From: Marsupella aquatica
Lineage: Eukaryota; Plantae; Marchantiophyta
Length of the DNA: 64,000 bases
Direction: 5' to 3'
Assembly: GCA_973895155.1 (NCBI GenBank)
Contig: OZ316898.1
Coordinates: 14,724,330 to 14,788,329, forward strand
Part shown: in pieces, positions 32,542-43,284 of the stretch
Layout of the letters: each line of letters starts with the position of its first letter
Position numbering within the stretch: the stretch's first letter is position 1
Position numbers and translations under genes: made by a program
The notes under the pieces: model-generated
Database searches by the model: none
Told to the model about the DNA's origin: nothing
Seen by the model: only the letters and a program-made list of their open reading frames with translations

Positions 32542-35500
32542 CTGGTTGCAAAGGCCGATACCTTGTTAATAGTCAATGTAAATAAGCCATTTTTTAATTT
32601 TTAGTTAATTCCGTCATTATAGGTTGATGATGCCCCAGGTGACTTTATATTCTTTCTCTCATAATAGTTCTAAGATTTGCGGCGACCTAAGTGGGCAAAT
32701 ATTTTGGGACCTTGAAACTAGCCAGGACCAGCCCCATAGGACTTACCGTTTTGCTTCAAGAGCTATTGTTGAGACCCCCATTGCAAAGTCAGGAGAGGGG
32801 GGGGTTTTTTTTTAAATAAATCCCTCCTCAGGAGGGCGAGTCCCATTAGTGGCCGTCCGAGAGAAAGAGGGGCTGCCTCGCGAGCCCATAGGGCTGCGTG
32901 CCCGGGCGATTAATGGGGCTCCGCGAGCTGAAGGGGCTGCCTCGCGAGCCCATAGGGCTGCGTGCCCGGGCAATTAATGAGGCTCCGCGAGCTGAAGGAG
33001 CGCAAGCGAGCGGGGGGGGGGGAGTTAAAGGGCCTCCCGCGAGCTGGGAGGATCACGCGAGCGGGGGGGAGTTAAAGGGCCTCCCGCGAGCTGGGAGGAT
33101 CACGCGAGCGGGGGGGAGTTAAAGGGCCTCCCGCGAGCTGGGAGGATCACGCGAGCGGGGGGGAGTTAAAGGGCCTCCCGCGAGCTGGGAGGATCACGCG
33201 AGCGGGGGGGAGTTGAAGGGCCTCCCGCGAGCCGGGAGGAATGGCCGCGCGCCCTGCATAGGGCCGCGCGCAGGAGGACGCAAGGGTAAGGCCCGAGAAA
33301 TGGGCCGGGGCGCATGGCGAAGGCGCCAGGAGTTTTTTCGGTTCTATTTTTTTTCCTTCCTTTTTCTTTCCCTCTTCCTTTTGCACGACCCTCTCATTGC
33401 CGAAAGCAAAAACGGGGTTCTTCTCTCTCTTGCCGGAAGCTCTCTCCAGATTCTAATTATTTTTGAAGCTCTCTCTTTCATGGTGGATTAGTGGGGCTTG
33501 CTGGCGTCATTCTTCCAGGCATTAGTGGCGGCCGCACGGAGTAGTGACGGGAAATTGAGAGAATTTAAGTGATCGGGCTACGGGGGCTGTTTCGGGCCAG
33601 GGAATTGACATTGCCACGGGTGACGGGATTGGTGATTGAGAAATTGATTTCGGGATGCATGGATGCTAGATCAACCAGAGTTTAGTGCGTCACGCATTCG
33701 GAGATACAAGGCTGCTTACCGTGACTACGTGGAGACTCGGATTACACGGGAAAGGGAAGAGAGAGAAGTTATGATGAGCACAGGATTGGCAGCGGGTTCC
33801 TCACCGGTGGGTAGGAAGATTTTTCGTCGAATTTATCCCAAGACCTCCACCAAGGTGATGGAGGATTGTCGGAACATTTTCCAAGCCACCGGGCTTACAG
33901 AATTCATGAAGGTGGAGATTACCATCCCTTCAGGGAAGAGCTGGGACATTGAGGCCGGGATGGAGTTCCGAACGGAGGGAATCTACTTTGAATGTCTCAA
34001 ACGTGTAGTGCCCCATGTGGAGTTGGCTAAGCTATTGTTTCTTGAGAATCAGAAATTCTCATTCACACCTCGGAATATCAGGGGAGAACTCACGTTGAAA
34101 ATGGTGGCCACTTGGGTGACCAATCCTACCTCCACCACCGCCATCCCTCTTTCTGCTGTCAAGGATGTTGAGTATAAGGGCTTCCTGGCCAAGGTGCATC
34201 AACGGGTTCTTGGCAACGTGCAATCCGGAGTGCTGAATGAGGAGCATTTCGTGGTAGCTATGGACATCAAGAACTACCCAGCCCATGTGTACGGATGGTG
34301 GTGCTACGGATTGAAGAAGCTATTGGCCGCTGAGCCCGGGAGTGTGAAACCAGGTGGGGCTGTACATTTGATGGGGTCATTTGTATTGGCCAGGGCAGAA
34401 GGGTTGATTGGTTCTCCGGGGCATGAAGACACGGGATCATCTCTCACCACGGAGATCCGGAGTATTGCCACTACCGTTTTAGGGAAGCTCACGGAGGAAT
34501 CATTGTCTGCTGGTGGGGAGGATAATAGAGAAGAAGAGAACCAGGAGGATGATTGCACATTGGAGTGGCTTGAATCACTCGTGGGAGATCCGAAACAGCC
34601 TCTGGAATACAACATTCCGGATGTTTACTTGGCAGAGCTACGGGATTTCAGAGAGGGAGTCCACGAGGGACTCAAGCTAGTCCACGCATTGAGGGAGTCT
34701 CTCAAGCACGCCACAGTCAAAGTAGAGACGTTAGAGCAGAGCATCCTGTCACTGAAGGAGGTGATCAAGACCAAGGAGCAGACCATTCATGAGAAGGTCA
34801 GGCACATCAATGCAGCTCACGTAGAGATCACCAACTTGAAGGGAGCTTTGTCCACCAAGGCCAAGGAAGCAGAAGAAGTAGGAGCGTTGAGGCAAGCATT
34901 GGCCAAAGAGAAGCAAAATTCTGGAGAAGTGATGGAGTGGAGGAACCAGGTGGGAGCACTACGGAGTCAGGTGGCAGCCTTTGAGACACGAGCGAAGAGA
35001 AGTGAGGCCCTGAGTCTAGGGAAACGGAAGAGTCCCGACACACCTGGCTCCACACTTTCCCCGGATGTGATCTCCCAAGCTATCGAGATGGTGGTGAAGG
35101 AGGTTAGTGGGAAGTATGGACCCTTGTTGGATGGAGCCAAGAAGAGTCAGGAGAAGAGTAAGAGCTTGGAGAAGAAGCTCCGGGAGGTACGGAAATCGTT
35201 ACGGGAGGCTCAGGTCAGTACGGGGATGCCACCCAGGTCTGTCACCCCCGGGACTCCCATGGCCACGGGGCAAGTTCTACCGTTGGAGTTGCGGTCCGGA
35301 GAAGAGGCTACCCTCTGGAAGGACACAATTGGTGAGGGGTACATCAAGGCGTGGCAGGCCTTGGCTGCTTTGAGGAAGCGCGGGAGCAGCAGCACTAAGA
35401 GTACTCCGTCGAAGAAGAAGAAAAGTACGGTGGCACTCACTCCCGTGAGTGATGAGGAGGAGGACCACTCACGGGGCACAAGTCCGGGCACCGAGAGCGA

Positions 35501-36630
35501 AGAAGAAGAGGAGGATTAGATAGGCGTACGGACGTGGGTGTACGGCCTCCAGATTTCCAACATTTTATTGGGGGGTCACTCATGGGCTTGTTGGGATGAG
35601 CTCGCGGAGCTGATTCCAACAAGAGGCGGCGCTCCTCAAACGGAGCCAGGATGAGCAAGTTATGGCCTGGAGAACTTATGTTTTTGCGATACGGAAACGG
35701 CCATAACTCAGGCGTCTGAAGTCCGTTGAGGGAGCGACTTAGTGATTCGGAAGCAGGAAAAGAAGAGCTATCCAGGGGTGAGCTCAGGTGTGCACTTGGA
35801 AGGGCACCTAGTTTCGGCCATTTTGGGGTGCCTCTCACTTTCAGGGTTCACGTGTACTGTTGGGGCGCCGTCGAAGGCACCGTCGGCCCCCTTGTTTTGG
35901 GTTTAGGGTTTTAGCAGCATGTGTGTGCCGCATGCTCCTCTTCAGTTTAAGGATTTCTCTTAGTGCAAGGTTTTAGCGGCGCCGCTAGGGTAGCCGCCAC
36001 CGTTGTGACCCTGTGAGGGGTGCTTTGGTGTGATTTTTCAGTATTTAGGGGGATAGCCCCGAAGTAGTTAGGGGGACTCAGTGTGAAGTTAGCAAGGAGG
36101 GATAGAGTGGAGCCTGAGGAGTTTGAAAGCGTGTTCAGAGTAGTGAGGGGGAGCCATACTCATTGTCCGGAGAGGCAGGAGTTGAGTAGACGGCAGGAGG
36201 CCGGGTTACTCATGCAATGTGTATCGTTTTTCCCAAGAGATATGGATCTGTACATTTGACTTGATGGGCTTTTGTTGTGTGTTCCTTCTCCCTTTTTCGC
36301 TTTCCGAATTGTGTTCTCCCGTTCTATGATTTGAAGAAACTTGCTTGGTTTGAGTCGGCCTTGTGAGTAGGGGTGGTGACAGCACTCTTTGGGTGACTCC
36401 GAGTGAAGGTGTAGTGGGGTAGTCGGCAGGACTTGATCAAAAGCTGTGGGGTGAGGGTAGTCGGTAGACTTGATCAAAACCTACATTTCCGGGAGCGGAA
36501 ACCAAAATACTCATCCTGGTGTGAAAAGAATCCAAATAGCGTCCCTCCACGACCCCGTAATACGATACCAACGGTTTAAGCGAAGAAAAGTGCGGTTTGC
36601 ACGTATTAACCGTTGGAGAGGCAAGTGACA
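32506..36630 (+). repeat. LTR2 of C (shared middle LTR, 4125 bp)
   Basis: Preceded by the PPT and followed by the PBS region. Confidence 0.95.
33663..35519 (+). CDS. 618-aa LTR-encoded accessory protein, copy 2
   Basis: As copy 1, with K>R and G>D differences. Confidence 0.85.
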   Translation: MLDQPEFSASRIRRYKAAYRDYVETRITREREEREVMMSTGLAAGSSPVGRKIFRRIYPKTSTKVMEDCRNIFQATGLTEFMKVEITIPSGKSWDIEAGMEFRTEGIYFECLKRVVPHVELAKLLFLENQKFSFTPRNIRGELTLKMVATWVTNPTSTTAIPLSAVKDVEYKGFLAKVHQRVLGNVQSGVLNEEHFVVAMDIKNYPAHVYGWWCYGLKKLLAAEPGSVKPGGAVHLMGSFVLARAEGLIGSPGHEDTGSSLTTEIRSIATTVLGKLTEESLSAGGEDNREEENQEDDCTLEWLESLVGDPKQPLEYNIPDVYLAELRDFREGVHEGLKLVHALRESLKHATVKVETLEQSILSLKEVIKTKEQTIHEKVRHINAAHVEITNLKGALSTKAKEAEEVGALRQALAKEKQNSGEVMEWRNQVGALRSQVAAFETRAKRSEALSLGKRKSPDTPGSTLSPDVISQAIEMVVKEVSGKYGPLLDGAKKSQEKSKSLEKKLREVRKSLREAQVSTGMPPRSVTPGTPMATGQVLPLELRSGEEATLWKDTIGEGYIKAWQALAALRKRGSSSTKSTPSKKKKSTVALTPVSDEEEDHSRGTSPGTESEEEEED

Positions 36631-36885
36631 TAAGTGTGGTCTTTTGTTTTTGGCGCCGCTGCCGGGGAATCCTTCTTCTTGTTTGACGACACGAAGGAGG
36701 GGAGCTACGTCTATTGGGAGTTCAAACCTATCAACCACAACGCAACTTGCGACGGTTGATACGTGAGAAGTTTGTTGGTTACTTTGTTATTGTACGTCAA
36801 CCACAACGCATCGTGCGACGGTTGATGTTTACAAATATTGCTTTCTGAGACATTGGTGTAAGTTTGGAATGCAGGTCTCAATGGG

Positions 36886-39800
36886 ATGCCGAGAGGGAGA
36901 AGGGGAGGTAGAGGAAGTCCCCAACACACACGTACCCCAAGATCAGAGCTAGAAGGGGGGCCCTCTTGGATTGGGACCAGACGACGAGTTGCTGCCGAAG
37001 AACGCTTACGGCTTGCAGAAGAGAGGAGGTTGCCACTGGTGCTGGAAGAACAAGTTGGTGTGCAACAGGAAGAGGCTCAACGTAATGAGGCCATATGCCC
37101 AGACGAAGAGCCAGACATAGATCACGAGCGAGAAGAAGGAGAGCCCTTTGTGTTGGTGCAGTCTGAGTTACAAAATCTGATCCCAGAGCTCACTGCATTG
37201 CCACAAATCATCTCACACCTATCATCGGTGCTGTTACCGGTGGCCCAACAAGCGCCATTACCACCTGTGTTGATACAGGCACCGGCTGCACCGATGGCAG
37301 CTGCACAACGTACCCGTGTTCAGTACGTACCCTTCAAGGGGAGACCAAAGGATGATCCAGACGAATGGATTGAGGAGTTTGAAGGGATTGCCGAAGCTAA
37401 TGGGGAGTCTGCACATAAGCTCACTATCATTCCTGGAATGATGAGAGGGGAGGCAGGTCCATGGTTCATTTCGTTGTTGGCCAACGTGAAAGCTGATTGG
37501 GCTCTGTTCAAGCAAGCCTTCTTGAAGGAGTTCAGATCCATAGGAGTGGAGGCCACCTCACTATTAAAGGTGGGCCAACTCAGGATGAAGAAGAAGGAGT
37601 CATTACGGAGGTTTTTGCAAAGGTTCCAAAAGCTGGTACGTCGGATCCAAGCCCGTACCGATGATGCTATGCGTCAAGCCTGGTTTGTGGCTGCCCTACC
37701 AAGCAAGATGGGGTTCTTTGTACGTCAAGCCAAGCCAACCACATTGGCTGAAGCTATTGCAGCAGCGGAGTCATACACCGCAGCTGATGCCACAAGCAAG
37801 CGTTGCCGAAGAAAGAAGCTGAAGCCGGTTGACAGTTCCTCCAGTGAGGAGTCGAGTGGATCTGATTCAGATAGTAGTGATGAATCTGAGGATTCTGAGA
37901 GTACTACAGAGTCAGACACTACGGAGTCAGAAGCTGAAAGACGAAGGAGGAAGAAGAAGAAGTTGTCAAAGAAAGTCAAGAAGTCCTCTCACCGTGAAGT
38001 GATACTACCCACGGTGGCCGTTACACCATTGTCTACGGCAAGACGCCTGAAGGAGCAAGAGGCCAGATATGATGAGCTGACGGAGCAAATGAAAGCGTTG
38101 AAAGTACATTTTGCCGGACTCAAACCTGAGAGGAGAAAAGTTCCGGTGGAGAGAGCCAATGTGTGGTGCACCAAGTGCATGAAGTTTGGTCATGCCCCGA
38201 AGGAGTGCCCAGCGGGAGAACCAGCCAAGGTTTTCCAAGTACGGGAGGAGGATGTTGAGGGGGCAAGCTACTCAAATCCTTCATATGCAGCGGAAGGGCC
38301 AATAGAGTACTTCATGGAGGAGCCACCAGAGGCCAACGTGTATAGTGTACAACCTCTCAACCCGGGACCACGGAGCATTCATGGAGTTTCAACAAACGCC
38401 GGAGCACCCGCATACTCCAACTATCCCAACGCTAACCCAGGGAATCGACCACCGTACCCTGGAGTGAGGAAGATCCCTATTTGTTACAATTGTAGAGTGG
38501 CGGGCCACTACGCTAATGTGTGCCCAGAGCCCACCCGTCAAGGCAATGGAGATTTTGCCCGGCTGTGTCAACTATGCAAGGGGGAGGGTCATCTTGCACC
38601 ACACTGCCCAACCTTGGAGGCGTTCAAGGCTCAACCGATTGGGGCACAAGAGAAGAAGGGGCCGCCACCTCCTCTGAAAGAAGCTAGCGTCAACTTTCTC
38701 ACCACGGAAGCAGTCGACACCCCTCTAATCACTAGAAGAGAAGAAACCGTAGTGAACATTCCCAAGCAAAGGATGACCACCATAACGGAGGAGGTGGTAC
38801 CGCTAGTCGTTGTAGTATCTCCAGTTGTTGAGATACCGGTGGTTGTTGTTGCAACATCTACGGAAGTTGAAGTTGCTAACCCCTCACCCCCAAGTCATGA
38901 GTGGACTCATGCTGAGAATCTACCGGAGGAAGACAGCGACGAGGAGAGAAGGCATTACTCTTGTTACCGAGTCTCCACTCGATCCGGCAAAAAGAAGGGC
39001 AAGTCCGAGCTCAAGCAGAAGTACAAGGAGGTGCATCAAGCTTCCACATCGGGTACCTCACACGAACCGGAGGTGCCACCCATGGAGGATAGTGACTTTG
39101 ATCGGGACAACCCCAAGTTGTTCTATCCGAAGGTGGGAGAAGAGGTACGTAAGCAGTTGGAGGAGCTAGAAGCACAAGCCATGCAAGCGGCCATTGACAA
39201 AGACATGGAGGAGGCAAAGGCCAGAAAGAAAGCGGAGGAGAGGGTTGTTCGTTGGAAACCGGGAGAAGAGGTCATCCCACCCATACCTCCTGCAACCGCG
39301 TACAACATTGCTCAAGACATTCTGGATTGCCCAGTCAGTGCCACAATTGGTCAACTATTACGGGATAGCTCCCTATACCGTCGCCAAGTCAAGGAGATTC
39401 TCATGAGGAGGAGACGTAGAAGAAGGTTACCCAAAGTTGGGGCTGACCCCATACAAGTCAACTGGGTCACGGAGGATTTGGGTGCCCCAGAACTCACGGT
39501 GGACATCAATGGATGTGCAATACGGTTTGTACCGGTGGACGGGGGCTCGGGAGTCAACATCATGACTGAGGAGACGGCAAACCGGTTGGGGTATACAGAG
39601 TTAGAACCACCGGCACGTGCCATGAGGTTGGCTGATGGTGCACGGGTGGTGCCGTTGGGGTGTCTCACCAAGATTCCAACAATGATTGGGGGAAAATCTT
39701 TCCCCCTCAACTATTTGGTGATGCGACCCGTTCGGCCGTACGGTTTTCCCATTTTAATTGGCAGGCCATGGTTGTATGTGGCCAAGGTCACAAGTGATTG

Positions 39801-42800
39801 GGGCAAACGGCAGTTTCGGTTTGGTATCCCCACTATCACTATTCCATGGTCAGCGGAGTCACCTCACGGGGAGACTACGACTATGGAGGAGGAATATGAT
39901 TCAGAGGTCACCTCAGATGAAGACGAGGATGAAGTATACATGGTGAAACTGATTTCTCACCTCACGGAGGAAGATGTTTTTGGCCCCGGAGTTGCTACTC
40001 AAGAGCATGCAGTAGAGGAATCAGTTAGCCAAGTGCACGCTGTTCTAGAAGAGATGGAAGACGAGCGAAGCAAAATTGTGGAGGCTGAACCTCTAGAGAT
40101 TCATGATAGGGAGGCAGAGGATCACCCCGAGGAGGTGGAAATGCAAGCCCACACGATCATGTTTGATGATGAGCAAAGAGAGCAGTTTTTGAATGACATC
40201 CTGGATGATGACTTTAGAGAGGAGCTATTGTCACATTACAAAGAATCTGACGTTGAAGAAATAATGGCCCATGTGACAAAGGATCCACCTCCATCCCGAC
40301 CAGACCAGGAGGAGAGTGATGCACCGGTGTATGGAGGGATGAGGCTCGCACGGTTGGAAGAAACCTTTGATGAGGAGACACGCAACAAGTTGGACGTGAT
40401 CAGGCCGGAGCAGTACACAAAGGTGGAAGTGGGTGAGGGCAAGACACTCAACATTGGTAGTAAGTTGGATGCTACGGAGCAACGCACGATTCAGGAATTG
40501 TTGAAAGAGTACCAAGACGTATTTGCGTGGAGCCACCAAGATTTGAAAGGAGTGCCACCTGAGTTTGGTGAGCACAGCATTGACCTGATGTCAGGAGCAC
40601 GACCTGTGAGGCAACGCCAATACCGCCTCAACCCCAAATACTCACTCATGGTGAAGGAGGAGATTGACCGTTTGTTGGATGCAGGATTCATTTATCCGGT
40701 CATGCATAGTGAGTGGGTGTCACCCATCGTAATCGTGCCCAAGAAAAAGGGGCCAGACGGGAAGGTGAAAATACGGGTGTGCCAAGATTTTCGAAAGTTG
40801 AATGATGCGACCAAGAAGGATCACTACCCGCTACCGTTCACGGATATCGTGTTGGACATGGTAGCAGGTTGGGAGATATACAGCTTCTTGGATGGCTACT
40901 CTGGGTACAACCAAATCTGGATACGGGAGGAGGACCAACTCAAGACGGCTTTCACAACAGAGTGGGGGATTTTTGCATTCCGGAGAATGCCTTTTGGGTT
41001 GTGCAATGCCCCTGGCATGTTCCAACGGCTCATGATGAATATATTTCATGACTTTTTACGCAGGTTCTTGGAGATCTTTATTGATGACTTTGCTGTCTAC
41101 GGCAAACGAGTCAAGCATCCGGAACACTTACGGTTGACTTTTCAGCGGTGCCGGGAGACTTGCCTGAAGCTGCATCCGGAGAAATGTTTCTTTGGAATTG
41201 AGGAGGGAATCCTATTGGGCCACAAAGTGTCTGCACGAGGGATTGAAGTTGATCGTGAGAAGGTCGCCGTGTGGGTAGCAGTCTCATTTCCCAAGAATGT
41301 GAAGGAAGTGAGAGGGTTCTTGGGGTGTGTTGGCTACTACCGACGCTTCATCAAAGACTTTGCCAAGGTAGCCATGCCACTCACTTCCATGTTGAAAAAA
41401 GGAAGTGAGTTTGAACCTACTCCTTCCCGTCAGGCTGCTTTTGATGAATTGAAGAAACGATTGCTAGAGGCCCCCGTGCTCATTACGCCCAATTGGAATA
41501 AGGAATTCCATGTTTACGTAGACGTATCAGGATTTTGCATCGGTGCCGTTTTGAGTCAGTTAGATGATGATGGAAGAGACCATCCCATCTACTTTGCCAG
41601 TAGGCAGTTGGCCCCGGCAGAGAAAAACTACTCACCCACCGATAGGGAGGCACTTGGTATCATCTACGCTTGTAAGAAGTATCGTCATTATTTGTTGGGG
41701 TACAAGGTTGTGTTCCACACGGATCACAACAGCTTGAAATACATGGTCAACAAGCCAGATCTGTCCGGGAGAATTGCACGTTGGGTTTTGTTGCTACAAG
41801 AGTTCAACTATGAGGTGAGAGTAAGATCGGGGAAGAGTCATAGCAATGCAGACTTCTTCTCCCGTATTGAGGGAGCATCTGACTCCCAGGAGATTGATGA
41901 TCGGTTCCCGGATGAGGAAGTGTTCAGCGTGAATACAGAGGCCACTACTTGGTATGGAGAAATTTTGGAATTTCTCCGCACGGCTAGAGTTCCCTCACGT
42001 TTGGGCCCGGAGAGAGCAGCAGTGTTTTTGCGTAAGACAGGTCCCTACTTGCTTGTGAAGGGAGTACTTCACAAGTACGGCATGGATGGCCGACTTCGTC
42101 GTTGTTTGGAGGAAGCGGAGATACGTACAGTCATGGCAGCATTACATGAGGAGGAAGCTGGTGGCCACTTTGCACGGGAGACCACCGCAAGGAAAATACT
42201 AGATGCTGGATATTGGTGGCCAACTCTCTTTCGGGATGTACACCGGTACATCCAGCGATGTGATCCGTGCCAGCGTCAAGGCAAACCAGGGCCCTCCTCA
42301 CGACACCCATTGGTGCCCATACTTCCTCTTGCACCCTTTGAGAAGTGGGGGGTGGACTTCATTGGCCCTTTCACTCCCATCACACGAAGAGGGAGGAAGC
42401 GCTACATCATTCTTGCAACGGACTATGCCACCAAGTGGGTGGAGGCCCGAGCTACTGCCAAGGATGATGCCAACACCACGGCACGTTTTTTGTATGAGCA
42501 GATTTTTACACGATTTGGTCCACCATTGGAGTTGGTAAGTGACAGGGGTACTCACTTCCTCAATCATACGATTGAACGTTTGACGGAGAACTACTTGATC
42601 TCACATAGGAAGACCACTCCGTACCACCCTCGAGCCAACGGGCTCACTGAGAGAGCCAACGGGATCATGGGCAAGATCCTCAACAAAACGGTATCCGCTC
42701 ACAAGACCGATTGGGATTTGAAGTTGTTGGCTGCCACTTACGCTTACAACCTGGCTCACAAGACTACCACGGGCCACAGCCCCTATTTCCTTGTGTTTGG

Positions 42801-43284
42801 ACAACACTCTCTTGTGCCGGTGGAATTTGAGGTTCCAACCATTCGAATCCTAACACGGGAAAGGGAAGGGGCAGAAGAAAGTGTCGCTTCACGGATCCAA
42901 CAGTTGGAGCAACTCACGGAGACACGAGAAGAGGCTTTGACACATACGGAGCAGGAGCAAGGCAAACGCAAGTCACATTACGATTCCCGTCTCCGTCGTG
43001 TGTCCATTGAGGAGGGAGATTTGGTGCTCCTCTACGATAGCCGCTTCATGCATTTCCCCGGGAAGTTGCATACACGGTGGATGGGACCCTACGTAGTGGA
43101 TGCCGTCTACTCCAACGGCTCGGTTCAACTCAAGACATTGGAGGGGCAACTACTCAACACACGGATCAATCAAGAGCGCCTAAAGAAGTACTACACGGAG
43201 GAAGAGTATGGTGCTCGCGGGGGCGCTTCGCAATTAAGAGAGGAGCTATGTGACGGGTACCCCGTCACGGGAAGTCACACATAA
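36886..43284 (+). CDS. gag-pol: Gag-Pol polyprotein, 2132 aa, copy 2
   Basis: Translation appears identical to copy 1. Confidence 0.98.
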   Translation: MPRGRRGGRGSPQHTRTPRSELEGGPSWIGTRRRVAAEERLRLAEERRLPLVLEEQVGVQQEEAQRNEAICPDEEPDIDHEREEGEPFVLVQSELQNLIPELTALPQIISHLSSVLLPVAQQAPLPPVLIQAPAAPMAAAQRTRVQYVPFKGRPKDDPDEWIEEFEGIAEANGESAHKLTIIPGMMRGEAGPWFISLLANVKADWALFKQAFLKEFRSIGVEATSLLKVGQLRMKKKESLRRFLQRFQKLVRRIQARTDDAMRQAWFVAALPSKMGFFVRQAKPTTLAEAIAAAESYTAADATSKRCRRKKLKPVDSSSSEESSGSDSDSSDESEDSESTTESDTTESEAERRRRKKKKLSKKVKKSSHREVILPTVAVTPLSTARRLKEQEARYDELTEQMKALKVHFAGLKPERRKVPVERANVWCTKCMKFGHAPKECPAGEPAKVFQVREEDVEGASYSNPSYAAEGPIEYFMEEPPEANVYSVQPLNPGPRSIHGVSTNAGAPAYSNYPNANPGNRPPYPGVRKIPICYNCRVAGHYANVCPEPTRQGNGDFARLCQLCKGEGHLAPHCPTLEAFKAQPIGAQEKKGPPPPLKEASVNFLTTEAVDTPLITRREETVVNIPKQRMTTITEEVVPLVVVVSPVVEIPVVVVATSTEVEVANPSPPSHEWTHAENLPEEDSDEERRHYSCYRVSTRSGKKKGKSELKQKYKEVHQASTSGTSHEPEVPPMEDSDFDRDNPKLFYPKVGEEVRKQLEELEAQAMQAAIDKDMEEAKARKKAEERVVRWKPGEEVIPPIPPATAYNIAQDILDCPVSATIGQLLRDSSLYRRQVKEILMRRRRRRRLPKVGADPIQVNWVTEDLGAPELTVDINGCAIRFVPVDGGSGVNIMTEETANRLGYTELEPPARAMRLADGARVVPLGCLTKIPTMIGGKSFPLNYLVMRPVRPYGFPILIGRPWLYVAKVTSDWGKRQFRFGIPTITIPWSAESPHGETTTMEEEYDSEVTSDEDEDEVYMVKLISHLTEEDVFGPGVATQEHAVEESVSQVHAVLEEMEDERSKIVEAEPLEIHDREAEDHPEEVEMQAHTIMFDDEQREQFLNDILDDDFREELLSHYKESDVEEIMAHVTKDPPPSRPDQEESDAPVYGGMRLARLEETFDEETRNKLDVIRPEQYTKVEVGEGKTLNIGSKLDATEQRTIQELLKEYQDVFAWSHQDLKGVPPEFGEHSIDLMSGARPVRQRQYRLNPKYSLMVKEEIDRLLDAGFIYPVMHSEWVSPIVIVPKKKGPDGKVKIRVCQDFRKLNDATKKDHYPLPFTDIVLDMVAGWEIYSFLDGYSGYNQIWIREEDQLKTAFTTEWGIFAFRRMPFGLCNAPGMFQRLMMNIFHDFLRRFLEIFIDDFAVYGKRVKHPEHLRLTFQRCRETCLKLHPEKCFFGIEEGILLGHKVSARGIEVDREKVAVWVAVSFPKNVKEVRGFLGCVGYYRRFIKDFAKVAMPLTSMLKKGSEFEPTPSRQAAFDELKKRLLEAPVLITPNWNKEFHVYVDVSGFCIGAVLSQLDDDGRDHPIYFASRQLAPAEKNYSPTDREALGIIYACKKYRHYLLGYKVVFHTDHNSLKYMVNKPDLSGRIARWVLLLQEFNYEVRVRSGKSHSNADFFSRIEGASDSQEIDDRFPDEEVFSVNTEATTWYGEILEFLRTARVPSRLGPERAAVFLRKTGPYLLVKGVLHKYGMDGRLRRCLEEAEIRTVMAALHEEEAGGHFARETTARKILDAGYWWPTLFRDVHRYIQRCDPCQRQGKPGPSSRHPLVPILPLAPFEKWGVDFIGPFTPITRRGRKRYIILATDYATKWVEARATAKDDANTTARFLYEQIFTRFGPPLELVSDRGTHFLNHTIERLTENYLISHRKTTPYHPRANGLTERANGIMGKILNKTVSAHKTDWDLKLLAATYAYNLAHKTTTGHSPYFLVFGQHSLVPVEFEVPTIRILTREREGAEESVASRIQQLEQLTETREEALTHTEQEQGKRKSHYDSRLRRVSIEEGDLVLLYDSRFMHFPGKLHTRWMGPYVVDAVYSNGSVQLKTLEGQLLNTRINQERLKKYYTEEEYGARGGASQLREELCDGYPVTGSHT

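Noticed and set aside
26515-43000. Many short antisense or alternate-frame ORFs within gag-pol
   Set aside because: Shadow ORFs of a long coding sequence, with no independent motifs.
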